A DNA stretch of 64,000 nucleotides from Azolla caroliniana (Eukaryota > Plantae > Polypodiophyta), in contig JBHGNT010000011.1 in NCBI GenBank assembly GCA_043228905.1, positions 9,052,001 through 9,116,000 of the forward strand. Direction: 5' to 3'. The position numbers were made by a program, and so were the translations under genes. The notes below the pieces were generated by a model. That model was not told the origin of the DNA. It did no database searches and saw only the letters and a program-made list of their open reading frames with translations. The first letter of the stretch is position 1. Every line of letters starts with the position of its first letter. Positions 49,701 through 63,599 of the stretch are shown here, one piece after another.

Positions 49701-52700
49701 TCGTTTAATTTTATCTTGTTTCTTCATCAATTTGCATATTCTCTTTGATGATCAGACTATATATGGATGTCTTGATTCTGATATTTAACAGGCAAAAACT
49801 CGTAGCGCAACAGGAATGCAAGTTGATGTCATGGAGGATGGTTATTCAGAAGGGGGATTGTTTTCTTTAACATCTATCAAGGTATATTTATTCAGAAGCT
49901 TTCTGCCTCAATACATTTCATTTTTTTCTTGCTAATTCCTATCTAGAACTTCCAACATGTGCACTCATGATTCCATGAACGCAAATGTGAAATAATTGTT
50001 ACCTTGGTATATAAGCATCCCTATAACAACTACGAGGTAATTGTAATATTAGTATAAAGGTAAAAAATCAATACTGCAATTGAATGAAGTTTGGCGTTTT
50101 TTATTTTAATAGTCTCTTTATTGACTCAAATAGTTTTGAGAACTGTATAGAAAGTTTGAGGGAAAGGTAGATGCATAGGAACCAGTGAGCAGGTATATTT
50201 TGAAAATGGTGAAATAGAATTTTGATCCCAAAGAATTGGAGGAATTGCAAGCTCTACATTAATGAAGGGGTGGAGGGGGAATTAGATGAGGATGTGAACT
50301 TGTATGGTTCTGGCAATTAAATGAATAAATATGTTGAATAGTTTAGATCACATCCTTAGCCATGATGAGTGAAGAGAGGAGAAGAAAGAAGGAGAAGCAG
50401 ACGTGGATGGAGAGGGAGTTATTGTTGGAGTCTTTTTGTGAATATAAAGAAATGCCATTTGCAGATACAGTCGAAATGGCTTTGTGTCTTTAGCTGTGGG
50501 AAAATGCATTTTTGTGCAACCATGGGTAGCCAGGAACACTGACATGAAGAAAACATGGCGAGCACGAACAATTTCATTATCCTTGTGATTGTATGTGATT
50601 GGACATGTAAGCATAGTTGTTAAAAAATGTGTATTTTATGTATAGAATACGTTTTAGAATGCTCTGAAGTATTTAACACATATTCCACATTTTAGAATTG
50701 CCATTTCAAAATATTCCATGTATTCCATGTCTTCTAATTCTATGTACTCTACGTCTTCTATGTATTTAGCAGGGATTTTATGGTTCCTAAAAGTAAAGAA
50801 AGTCATGCTTTGGCCAAAAAACAATTGAGATGCAATACTAATATAACAAGTATTATGTGTTTCCTGAAAGTAAAGAGAAGTATAAAATGATTATGCTTTG
50901 GCCAAAAAACAAATGTAGATGCAATACAAATATAAGAAGCAAGGATTTTCTCTTAAACCTTATTTTTGACTTTCCTGAAAAAATTATACATGTTACACCT
51001 AAGTATTTGATGTATTTTACGTATTTTATCATTGGAATATGTATTCTAAGTGTGTTAAAAAGAGGTAGAATACCTTTTAGGTATCTAGCATACATATTGT
51101 ATGTGTATTGTATGCTAAGTTTTTCTTACAACTATGAGGTAGAATACTTCTTAAATACTTAGTATACGTATTATACATGTATTGTATGTTAAGTATTTTT
51201 TACAACTATGATTGGAAGTTAACAGTTGTGGGATAACTCCCATGTAAGCTTATTGGATGAAGATATTCTAAAAAATAGATGTGCTGCGGGTTGTTGTCAT
51301 GACATTTTAAGGAAAAAGAGGATCTGGGCCTAATTCTATCTTATGCTTGCACACTGGTTCTATCACTTGGAGAGCTGTTTTCTGGTTTCAGCATGAACTG
51401 GGTGTGCATTTATTTTATGAGATGGGCTTTATCAGACCTGCTCTTTACCTTCACGACTACATGATGCTCTTAGAGGCATTCTTGATATACCACCTTCTGA
51501 GGAGACTCTTACATCATATCCATGCTACATTTGCCACAGTTTCTACTATTAGTTTATAATGTATTTGGAAGAGTCATTGCTGCTATATTCCTGATGGTGA
51601 AACACTATTGAGGAGCTGGTGGTATTCTGCATCTGAATCATCCAGAGCAACAGGGACAGAAGATAGGATTTCAATCGCTTCTTGTGGGCTTTGATTAGTT
51701 ACTTAAAGACATTGTTTGATATTACCCCAGGAGTGGCAGGTTCTCTGCTTCTTTAGGCATTGAATGAGATACTATTTACCTCTAGAGTAATTGTATATAT
51801 GTCATCTTTACAGCGATCAGAATTAGACCACTTAATTCTGTTCATCTAATATAAAACCCTGCTATACAGTACAGTAGCAATGAAAAAGAGAACCTTAGTT
51901 GTAAATGGGTAGTTCAAATTTCTGAGATAATGATCTGCAATTTAGACTTGTTTTTCTGTTGTTAGGGTTATTATCTATATTTCGAACACTTTAAGTTTCT
52001 TTTAATGTATACAATTGTTTAAGGATTCATATTTCCTCTTCTTTGGAAGGCAATGACTGGTTATTATCTATATTTCGAACACTTTAAGTTTCTTTTAATG
52101 TATACAATTGTTTAAGGATTCATGTTTCCTCTTCTTTGGAAGGCAATGACTGGTTATTATCTATATTTCGAACACTTTAAGTTTCTTTTAATGTATACAA
52201 TTGTTTAAGGATTCATATTTCCTCTTCTTTGGAAGGCAATGACTTTGGTTTCTTTGCCTTCGTCATTCCCTTATCTAATGTTGTCTTCAAACCCATCTTT
52301 ACTTAATCAAAGAACTTCTAGTGTCTTAGGATTTTATAATCTTGTGGTTCTTCAGGATGCTTTCATGTGTAGGTTTAACTCATTATAAACTTTACTTAAC
52401 CTTGTTTAAAGTTACGTCAAAATTGAGAGTAGGATCTCTCTCTTTATCTTTGTATATGACGTGAAGGTCCAGGTATGCTATGGCTTTATGATATGTTGAT
52501 TTTGATGGAATATCTGCATGCAGGGGAAGAAGGATTTAGAAGCAGTTGAGTCTGCATCTTCAGACGATGGGGACAGTGAGACTGAATTCCTGAATAGAGT
52601 AAACATGCCAGTGAAGGATGTGATGGATGGTGATGAGGATCTTGACTCTGATGATGAAAAACAGAAGTATGATGCAGAGCTGGATGATTACTTAGAGCGT

Positions 52701-53875
52701 GCATATCAGAAATACCGGAAGACAACAGATGGAAGTACAAAACGTAGAAAAAGGGCAAGGCTTGCTAATGCTGATAAAGATCTGTGGCAGGTATGTGATC
52801 GAGGCTCAGTTTGATCTTTGACGAGCTTTTCTGGATGTGCTTTGTAAATTTCCCGTTTTTTCATATATTTCAGTCTACAGAGACACTGGAAAGTGGTAAA
52901 GGAGAGAATTCAGGCAGTGATGAAGATGTGAAAATTGATGATTTAGCAAACCCTCTGATTGTACCCTTGGCTGATGACGAACAACTCTCAAGGGAGCAGA
53001 TTGCAAAACAGTGGTTCAGTCAAGATGTTTTCACAGAATTTGATGCGGCTGATGTAAACCTCGAAGATGGGAATTACAGAAAGAAACCTAAGAAGGCAGG
53101 TTCAGAAGCTGCAGAAAATATTTCCATCACCCAAAAAAAATCATCAGATGATAAGTCTGTGACATCTGCACATTTGGAAACTACTGATTTTGAAGTGGTT
53201 CCTGTTGAGGAAAGTGAATCTGACTCAAGCTCGGATGATGATGATTATGACACAGATTCAAAGGCTGAGATCTTAGCATATGCCAAAAAGATGCTTCGTA
53301 AGAAGGATAGAGAGGATATATTGGATGATGGGTATAACAGGTATACGTTCAATGATGTTGGTCTTCCGGACTGGTTTGCTGATGATGAGAGGAAGTTTTG
53401 CAAACCCATCAAGCCGATCACTAAGGATGAGATTGAAGCAACGAAAGCCCAGTTCCGAGCCATCAACACACGTCCATTGAAGAAAGTAGCAGAAGCAAAG
53501 GCAAGGAAAAAGCGCAGGGCTTTAAAGAAACTGGAAAGCATTAAACCAAAGGTGAATGCGATTGCTGATCAGCCTGATATATCTGCACACTCTAAGAAGA
53601 AAATGATGGACAGACTATACAAGAAAGCTACAGCTAGCACCAGAGTGAAAAAGGAGCTGGTGGTTGCAAAGAAGGGAATGGGCAAGAAGGGTGTAGGACA
53701 AAAAGGTAAAAGTGTAGTGGATCGTCGGATGAAGAAAGACAAAAGATCACATGGATCAGGGAAACCTGGTAGGAAGGGTAAGCCTGCTGGTGGAAGCAAA
53801 AATATGAGGTCGAAATCCTCCTCCAGTCAGGGTAAAAGGAGGGGTGGCAAACAAGGGAAGGGAAGGGCAATGTGA
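46779..53875 (+). CDS. SPB1: AdoMet-dependent pre-rRNA 2'-O-methyltransferase Spb1/FTSJ3, about 832 aa. Exons: 46779-47258, 48085-48132, 48219-48374, 48451-48497, 48608-48764, 48853-48914, 49004-49193, 49792-49881, 52524-52790, 52874-53875
   Basis: FtsJ domain: [71 protein letters not shown]. Spb1 C-terminus: [32 protein letters not shown]. All introns are GT-AG and in frame (2499 nt). Confidence 0.96.
47320..47594. repeat. Tandem duplication of about 137 bp in SPB1 intron 1
   Basis: CAATGAATATGCTTATATCAAATGTTGTGAAATTGGATGAATCG...TGTGGTAAAGTCAA occurs twice. Confidence 0.88.
50612..51210. mobile_element. MITE-like element in an SPB1 intron
   Basis: Inverted termini CATAGTTGTTAAAAAAT / ATTTTTTACAACTATG, with the right end duplicated at about 51136. 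No clean TSD. Confidence 0.5.
51966..52243. repeat. 93-bp tandem triplication in an SPB1 intron
   Basis: GGTTATTATCTATATTTCGAACAC...GGAAGGCAATGACT at 51966, 52059 and 52152, nearly identical. Confidence 0.95.
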
Positions 53876-55124
53876 AATTCATAATTAACTTATGTTTTCA
53901 TATTGAACCACTCTATGTTCAATTTTCTATTTCATGAGGCTCAAATTCTCCTTCTCTTTTGAGACGTTCTTTAAATACCTGAAAATTTTTATGTGGGTAA
54001 AAAGTTTTGTTTTTGCTCCAAGTCTTAGCTGACAATGATGGTTCTGTTTTTTGAGTGTACACATAATACTATTCTTTGAAACTGTGACACATGTATTGTA
54101 TTTGGTGAACATCTCACCTCATTATAATCAATTTCTGGAATAGGTTGTGTAATGTTTTTCTTTTGGACATGTTATGGTCAAGGAAAATGATATTGAGCCA
54201 GGTTTATTTTATTACTTTTGAGAACAAGGTAATCATTTAATCATGTCGGAAGGGTTTTTGGTTTCTATTTTCACCTGTGTTTCCTTTATTTTGCCAAACG
54301 GAAACAAATCTCCTTTACAAAATCAATTTGGTCAGGCATCTTCAAGGTCTACTCATCAGTGTGTTGTTGAGGCTAAATGTCCTTTACTTATCGAGTCAGT
54401 TGCGTAGTCATCATAACTGAAAGACCCAATCATCATGGGAGGAATTTTGTGTAATATTTACATATGGAACTTTCTTGTATTATGTTGCTGTAAACTCTTT
54501 TAGATTTTTAGCTCAAGCATATTTGGCAAACAATTCTCGATCAATATTTGCCTCAACTTCTAAAAAGCTAGTGTAAACTATTTACTCTGCTCAAACTCTA
54601 TCGGTCTCTTACCAACTTCACTTCAATGCAACTTTAATTTTTTTGATAAACTAAATGGACATAAAACAATCGTGTAGTACCCAAGTGATTAGAGAAAATG
54701 CAAATCTCAACCCCCAATTATTAACTAAAACCTTAACAACTAAAGGCATACATCTCACAAACTTAGTAGGCCTACTTTCTAGGCCTGCCTCTGCTAATAT
54801 CATAGACTTATAAATTTAATTGAGTTGAGCTTTCCTTCCTTGATGAAGAACAAAATTCCACAATAAAATATATGATATCCTTGTATTCAAAATAAAAGGA
54901 AAGCCCTTGTCTTCTTGGCATTGAATTCACGTCCTCAAATTGGTATTGTGGGGCTATTTTGATTCATATAAACAAATCAATGTGCCATGACTTCCTTGGT
55001 TAAAGTATTCTTGATACTTGGAATAATTCATTGCATTTCTTGAATACAAGAGTTTGCCTTCGATGGCCTAATCACATGAAGGTTGATGCCATCTCATTGC
55101 AATTGTCATATTTGCTTATTAGGT

Positions 55125-55800
55125 GGCGGTTTGAGGTCCGAAAGTATGATGAGATCAACTTCGCTCTATGGCAAAATTAAATCTGCAACATTTCGATTCA
55201 AAAGTGGTAGAGGAAGCCAATTGACAAGAAGATACTTGTAAACAGGCTCAAAGAAGATCAACTTGAAACATTGATGATTTACTTGCATCACATCTATTTC
55301 TTAGTTTTGTATTGTGAAAGGTCTAAGGTGTGGGAGAAGTTGTTGACATAAACGAGATGATTCATGAGTGATGTTTATTTGATGCAAAGGTTGTATGAGA
55401 TTAAGATGAAGGAACCTGATTTAGACATTGCATACAATAACAAGCTTGAAAAGATGGTATAGTTGAAGGTGCTAAAGATGAACTTGGGGCTAGAGATGTA
55501 CGTCTTAATGTAGTGCACATTCTCCAATTTGTAGGACACCTATACAATCTTCAACACAAGTTCAAAAAGTGGCACATTTTAAAATACAATTAGTATGTGG
55601 AGTACTTCTCATTGAGAAGATCTATTGGAAGTTAAATTCATGTTTACAAGCTGTAAGTATATGGAAGAAAATCAAGCAAAAGTTGAATGCAAGTAGTAGA
55701 GGAGAGAAGACATGTGATGGAAGCAAATCCTATCGAAAAGGGAAGGTGTATTGAAGTTGACACAATATATGTCACTACTAGAGGCATTGTTGTGCCTCGA
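55125..55800 (+). mobile_element. Decayed copia gag remnant
   Basis: Broken peptides NFALW, KVWEKLL and VYLMQRLYEIKMKE resemble copia gag. Confidence 0.45.
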
Positions 55801-55820
55801 AGAGTGGAGGTAGAAAGGTT

Positions 55821-55867
<47 letters not shown>

Positions 55868-56769
55868 TTAAGTATGTCTAATGACCATGTTTAACGTGGT
55901 GTAGACTAGGCTTTTTTCGCGACAATTGTGTTATCTCTTCCAAGGTATTAGTTATCCTAATATTCAACACTATGGCACGTCGATGGTAGGTTGGCCATGT
56001 CTTGATCATAGCTCGGGGGTGGTCTGGTGAACGGGTTCTTCTATCCAATCTATTTACCTTATTTTACTTTATTGGTCTATTGATTAGTAATAGACTCTTA
56101 ATTGTGATATCAGAGTGTTTACTAACAATTTCTTTTTTGTTGTTTTGATGTTTTTCTTGTGAGCGATGGTGATCTAACAAGGCTCATCAGGCTCTTCTCC
56201 GGCTCAAAACAAATTTCAAACCTGATATTTTTCTTTCTTGATCTCCTCTCTTCTTTTCTATGAGGTGTATTCTTGGTCGAATAAAATTTGTATTACAATT
56301 TTTTTTTTTTTTTTGTTATTGTGATATGTGTTGAGAATCAAACTAAACTTCCCTAGAGTGGTAACACATCTTAGGAATACCCAAGTGTATGAACATACCA
56401 CCTCCTTGTATCATAAACTAAGTGTCATAGAAGTCAAGTCCTATGACACATATTTAGTAGATAGTTAAGTCTCCACCTGTCATGATATAGCATGATATGA
56501 CTTCAAAAAGATTCGGACCCATGGCCTTGTGTCACATGGGTGGAAGCCCTACCATTATGAAGAATATTATTTCCATTTATTATTTCACTTAGGAAATCCA
56601 TGTATATTCTAGATTTCTCTGGAACATTCTAGAAATGTCAAGAGTACTAAGCATACTAGAAAAAGAGGCATATGACATTATTGAGAACCAATTCGGTTCA
56701 ACGCTAGTCTTAAGCCTCCTAGCTATTCTTGTATAGTCTCTTCATATAATATATCATTTGTTATCATCA

Positions 56770-56827
<58 letters not shown>

Positions 56828-57173
56828 ATCCTTCTCTCGAGAGTTCTACACCCTCTTTTCCCCTTAGTACTAATCCTCATCTCTAGTACTAATTCCCTCT
56901 CTGTCTTAGTACTAGTCCTAAAAGTTCTACAACCCCTTTTCCTCTTAGTACTAATTCTCATCTCTAGTACTAATTCCCTCAGATATGTCTTAGAAGTTAG
57001 TACTATTCCTGACAGTTTGAACCGAATTGTGTCGTTCTCATCTTCGTATCCCTCATTCCCTTCATACAAATCTTCTTATACTTCCTCCAATATTATGACA
57101 ATTGTTAGTGCTCAAGAATACCAATGTGTCCTTTTGGAGCTGCAATGCTTGAAAGAGAAGTTTGTATCACTAG

Positions 57174-60100
57174 TGTAAGGAAAGGAGAGTGATTGAGCAC
57201 TTATGAGAAACAGAGAGAGAGAGAGTCTTAAGATGAGAAAACTATGTATTACTTCCAACAGTAACAAAGTTATAAGAGGTTGGTTTAAATACCAACTAAA
57301 CTAGGGCAAGGTCCCTTTCTACTATTTACAAAACTAGCATTGTATGTCCATGAGCTAGTGTGAAACCTATTTCTATGGGAAGTTGAGTTCGATTCTCAAC
57401 ACGCCCCTTCGAACACAACTTCCGGATATCGAAAAATGGTTTCGGATCGGTCTTCAGAACGTTTCGAACTTCGATTATTCGGCTTTTCGGTTGCTTACTC
57501 CTTATTCAGCTTCGATCCATCGATCGGTTCACTGTTTTGTACTCCCCCTCAAGCTCGGTTAGTCGGGAATAGATAGGCCAAGGTTCGACGCGGATTGCCG
57601 TAGCTTGTCGATACCCAGGGCTTTCGTGAAAATGTCGGCTACCTATACATTCGTGCTGATATGGTGTAAGTCTATATCTCCGGCCTGCACGCGTTCGCGG
57701 ATAAAGTGGTAGTGCACTTCGACATGCTTAGTCCGCGCGATCTGGAGCCGAAAGGCACGACAACGCGTGGAATACGGGGTTCTGCGCCAGGTAGATACTG
57801 CTCATGTTGTCGTAGTATAGACGAATAAGATCCTTGATGGTACACCCACATCCTTCAATATACGCTTGAGCCATACGACTTTGCACGCGGCAACCACCGG
57901 GTTCGCGCCCTTGTATTCGGCCTCCGTGCTCGATAGTGTGACTGTCGGTTGCTTCTTGCTACTCCATGAGATTTCTCCGCTGTCGAGGGAGAAGATGAAT
58001 CCTGATGTTGACTGTCTATCCGCTTTATAACCTGCCCAGTCCGCGTCTGTGTACTCTTTGAGTTGAATTATCGTATTTGACCTGTATCTGATGCCGTAAT
58101 CCATCGTACCACTAGCGTACCAAAGTACCCTCTTAGCGCAATCAAGATGAAGGTTTCACGGATTTTGCATGAATTGGCTAAGTAGGCTGACCAAATAGCT
58201 GAGGTCGGGTCGCATAATGGTTAGGTAGATGAGGCTGCCGATCAATTGGCGATACTGAGTTGGCTCGCACTCGGTTGTTCTGGAATTGACATCAAGCTTG
58301 AGATTATGGTCAAGTGGGGTGGACACAGGTTTGCACTCCGTCATGCTGAACTTGTAGAGTAAGTTGAGGACGTAGTGTCATTGTGAGATCATTATCCTGA
58401 CTGGTGTTCGAATTACTTCGACGCCTAAGAAGTAATGGAGCTCGTGTAGGTCTTTCATTTCGAATCTGCCGGAGAGAAGTGATTTGACCTTGTTAATCTC
58501 GGTGAGCTCCTTTCCTCCGATGACCAAATCATCCACGTATAGGATGATGACGATCGGGCTATTTGACTTGTTTCGGAATGTATAGAGAATTATCCGATTT
58601 TGACATTCAAAATCCGACTTGAAGAAGATACTGCGTGATCTTCGAATACCATGCACGCGGTGCTTGCTTGAGGCCGTAGAGTGGCTTCTTGAGTCAGCAC
58701 ACGACGTTCGGATGATTGCGTGATTCAAAGTCGAGTGGTTGGATCATGTACAGTTCCTCCTCTAGTTCCCCTTGGAGGAAGGCGTTCTTCACGTCCATCT
58801 GATGGAGGTGCCACCCTTTTGCTGTTGCAATTACAACCACGGTTCACACAATTGTCATCTTTGCCATTGGGGCAAAGGTCTCTTCGTAGTCAACTCCGTG
58901 CGTTTGTGTGTATCCTTTCGCAACAAGCTGTGCTTTGAAGTGATTTATGGAGCCGTCAACATTGTGTTTCACTTTGTAAATCCATCGGCAACCGATCGCT
59001 TTCTTGTGCGGAATGTGAGGAATGAGATCCCATGTCTCGTTTTTGAATAGGGCTTGCATTTCTTCAGTCATCGCGTCAACCCATCGTGAATCCTTTACGG
59101 CTTCGGAAAGGGTTTCCGGTTCCCGTACTGACGCTACCTTCATCATATAGGCGTAATGATACACCATGTAATCGTTGTAGCCAAATTGGATTACGGGGTT
59201 GTTTTCACGGGTGGATCGGCGGAGCTTCTTGTTCGCGGATACTAAGACTTTCTTCGCTCCATTTGTCCAGATGTCAAGGCCTTCGACATCACTATCGAGG
59301 GAGTGAGTCGATTCGTTGTCGTTGAAGTGATTGTCTTCATACTCCGGCATTTTCGCCTTCCCTTTGTCCAGCTTTGGACTCAGCCGAGATGTGCTTTGAT
59401 CACTCGGAGGTTCTTGTGGCCCACTTATTAGGGTTGTGATTGGACTTTCGTCGAACATGCGCATAAGTCAATCTTTGGCTTTTGCCTCTATTTCGGCGTA
59501 TTCCGGGTCGAGCGGAGTCGGAGTTGAAGTTGTTTCTGGTGCATACCAGGATGCGGACTTGTCGAAAACGACATCTCGACTTGTTCGAACTTTTCGGGTA
59601 GATGGATTGTAACATTTGTACCCCTTCTGTTCGAGCGAGTACCCCACGAGGATGCATGTCTCCGACTTTGGGTCGAACTTTTGTCGCGTATCATCGGGAA
59701 TATGCACATAAATGATTGAACCGAAAATACGAACATGTGATAAGTCCGGCTTCTTACCAAGAAACTTCTCATGGGGGGTTGCGTCGTGTACTCCCGAGGT
59801 TGTGCAACTGTTCATGAGGTATACGGCTGTGTTCATTGCTTCTGCCTAGTATGATTTTGGTAGGTTCTTCTCGTTCATCATTGCCCGTGCAACCTCTACT
59901 ATGTGCTGGTTCTTCCGCTCGACTACACCGTTTTGCTGAGGTGTGTGACCGCATGAAAATTCTCGTCAAATTCCTTCTTTTTGGAGATATGCCCGTAAAA
60001 TCATTCAAGAAATATTCTTTGCCTCCATCTGATCGAAGGCAACGTATGTGCCAACCCATAGTTTTTTCGACTTTGGCTTTGAACCTCTAGAAGTGTCTGA

Positions 60101-61634
60101 ACACTTCACTCTTCTGTCTCATTGGGTAGATCCAGGTGTGCCTGGAGAAGTCGTCGATGAACGTGACGTAATATCGGCATCCACTGAGTGTGGTTGTCTG
60201 GGCCGGTCCCCATACATCTGAATGTTCAACATCCAAGATCCCTTTGCTCATATTCCGCTCTTTCGGGAATGGATGAGTGCGTTGCTTTCTGAACTGACAC
60301 GCTTCACATCCGCCCGTAATCTCCTTTGCGGTAAAGTTCGGGAGTCCGATTACGACTCCTTTCAATTGCATGTTCTGAAGCTCCTAGAGATTGATGTGAC
60401 CAATTCTCTTGTGCCACAAGTTTAGGTCGGTTTCAACTTTGAGGCCCTTTGCAAACATGGACGATTTTACCTCGTTCGATTCGAGGACAAACATATGGCC
60501 TTCACGACGGCCGTGAACTACGACTCGATCTCCTCTTTCGATAAAGCACCCATCATGGTTGAATTATAATTGCATTCCTTGTTCAACAATCTGGCCGACC
60601 GAGACCAGGTTTTTCGTGATGGTAGGAACATGTAATACGTTCTTGAGGTAGGTTTGTTTGTCGTCGTTTCCGAATGGGACGTTCCCGATATGCTATAGTG
60701 GATGAGTCGTGTCATCGCCTGTCTCGACATATCCGGGACGTTCGGGTTTTCGTAATTCCCGAAACCAATCTTCATGAGACGTCATGTGGTTGGATGCTTC
60801 CGAGTCAACAAACCATACATTCTTTGAGGACGTGGTGCTTGTTTCACCTTGTGTCGCCATTGAGTGCACTTTGTGCCTCATCATGAACATTCCGCTACGA
60901 TCGTCGTAGTTGGAATTCGATCCGTAATTTGTGAACATTCCGCTACAATTGTCGTAGCTGGAATTCAACCGTATTGGCCGTGAAGATCTTCTTGAGATTG
61001 CCCCACGCTTCTTTCGGTGTTTTCGTCTCTCGAATATAGCCAAGCATGTGATCATGTACGCATGATGCAAGGCAATACAACACACCACTTGCAGCCTGCT
61101 CCCAAACGGGATAGTCGGCATGTGTTGGGTTGGGTTGCGTTTCATGAGCTCCTTCAATATAGCTCCAGTATCCTTGTCTGACAAGGTATTGATGCATCTT
61201 GTACTCCCAAGGTGCGAAGTTTGTCTTGTCGAGTTTCTTCGTAGGAAGAGCGCTTCCCATCTGAGTATTCATGATTATTTCTTCTCTGTTTCTTGAACCG
61301 GTTCTGTTGATCGTCGGTATGTAGAATACCATAGTAGATTAGTCTTGATCAGAAAACCACACGCTTTGATACCATGTAAGGAAAGGAGAGTGAGTGTATG
61401 TAGTGGTAGGACAATGTGTGTGTGTGTGTGTGTGTCTGAGCACTTATGAGAAAGTGAGAGAGAGTCTTAAGATGAGAAAACTATGCATTACTTCCAACAG
61501 TAACAAAGTTACAAGAGGTTGGTTTAAATACCAACTAAACTAGGGCAAGGTCCCTTTCTACTATTTACAAAACTAGCTTGGTATGTCATTAGCTAGTGTG
61601 AAACCTATTTTTATGGGAAGTTGAGTTCGATTCT
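57174..61634 (-). mobile_element. Near full-length degenerate Ty1/copia retrotransposon
   Basis: LTRs at 57174-57401 and 61375-61634 (the latter lacks its outer bases). PBS TGGTATCAAAGC (tRNA-iMet, 61363-61374) and PPT. Gag LDKTNFAPWEYKM, protease WFVDSEASNHMT, integrase HSDVWGP and FIDDFSR, RT LYVDDLVI, RNase H YTDADWAG and WSSKKQ. Confidence 0.95.
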
Positions 61635-62778
61635 GTTACGGGCATGACCATATAATATCCCGCGGTGAGAATTTACCGTAGTATTCTATACACATGGATA
61701 AGTGTGAGGCTTAAACGAGAGCGTAAAGAAGGGGATGATTACTTTTAATCCTCGGGATAGAGACAACCCGTTAGGCCAAGTGTGAACTTGCTTGGGGGCC
61801 TTGGGTATCGCTATAAATAAGAGGCCTACCTACCCTCATTTGATCATCTGGTTGAGTACGTCCAGACTCTGTCTTGTGGTGGGTTAACTCTTGTAGCGAG
61901 CGTGCCAACACCAAGTACGATTCGACGCCACGACGGTGGTATGGGACGCTGATCGAGGCTTGAGTCTGTCTCGATCCCTTCGCTCAAGGGTGGTCGGCTG
62001 GATCGGCACCGTTCTTTCTCTCTCTCTCTCCTTTCTATCTATCTATCTATATTCTATCCTTATCTAATGCTTACATTAGTACATGTCTCTAATAGTTGGT
62101 TTCAGAGCCTATGTTCTAATGTTTCTTTTGTTGTCTTTTGTTTTGTTGATTGATGGTGATCGATCGATGTGCGGTCAGCCTTGATCCAGACAACGATCAA
62201 GAAAGGAACTTCGGTAACTCTTTCCTTATTTTTTTTTTCTCTATTTTTTCTTCTCCCATCTAATCATCTATATAGTCTATATGTAATTTTTTTCATTAAT
62301 TCAATGATGTTGTAGTGATAATTAATTGGTTGTATGAAACGTTTACATATGTGTATGAGGTCAATACCTCATTTGACATATATTGAATATGTGATTAGTG
62401 TCGTATGCGCACGCGATTAATACCTCAATTGTGTATTACGCTCACATACATATGTTACGTATGCGTATGAGGTCAATACCTCGATTTCGTTGTAAATGAT
62501 ATGCGTAAGAGGTCAATACCTCAATTGCGTATCATGATGAACCCTTATTTTTAGATGTTTCGTGTGTGTAGAGGGTTTATGCCTCGATTACGTATCTCAA
62601 TTATATCATTTATGGCTATTTGATGTAACGATTTGTTTAATGTACGCATAAGTGGTCACATGTATACGTATTTGATCGTATATATGTGATAAGTAAACAT
62701 ATGTGTATATTTTATATTACGTGATTTCTATCGAATGTTGTCCTTTCCGGGAAAAGGATTTTGGTGGGCGTCCTCACA
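61634..62778 (+). mobile_element. LTR-like sequence (TGTTAC...CCTCACA) abutting and truncating the copia 5' LTR
   Basis: TG..CA termini, CTATAAATA at about 61810, (CT)n tract and internal GAGGTCAATACCTC repeats. A diverged relative appears at about 55880-56370. No TSD. Confidence 0.55.
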
Positions 62779-63599
62779 TTTTTGTGAGAATGGCATTGTC
62801 ACCATCCTCCTTTTTTTCAACAATTTTTTATTGTTGACATCCCCGTTGGTGAATTCGATTTTATTACGTAAAGAAATGCCTATAGCCACAATGATGTTGA
62901 GAATGTAGCCACAATGATGTTGAGAATGATGATTTTATTACGAGACTTGAGGTTAGGTAACGTACCAACATATTTTGTAGTAAACGAGGGGGAAATAAGG
63001 ACTCTTGACATATATGTTTCTTTTAAAAAAACATATATGGGCAAATGCCTCGCATATCTCTTATACGCATGAAATATTAAACATTCACAAAGAGTAACCT
63101 ACTTGGTTGGCTCAACTATTTAATGTATTTGTTCTCGAGGTCTCGAGTTCAAATATGACCAAGACCATACAACATCGTTGATACATATGACTATAACACA
63201 TGTTTAGACTTGAGGTCTAAGTGCACTTCGGGGTCCTCGTAATAGGACTTAAAGAGCTGAAACCACATATGTGGGCACCGAAACGTAGTTTATTGTTAAC
63301 ATTTTTTTTCGTGTATAAACTATTCATGACGCGAACATACATGGTTGAGCCTCGGGGAGCCGCCATGAAAAAAATCGATATAGAGATCAGGGAAAGAAAT
63401 TTATTCGTCACCCCCATGGTTTTTAAAACACCTTTGTGTTACCATAGTAACCTGATCTTGAACCTCATCTCATTCGTCTAGAGGGGTATTGACGTGAGAT
63501 CATGATATCGATTAATGTTTGCCCATGATATGTTTACATCACGACATGATGTTATGACTATTTGTCTGACCTTATCCTATTTCTTTGCCAGAAATAATC

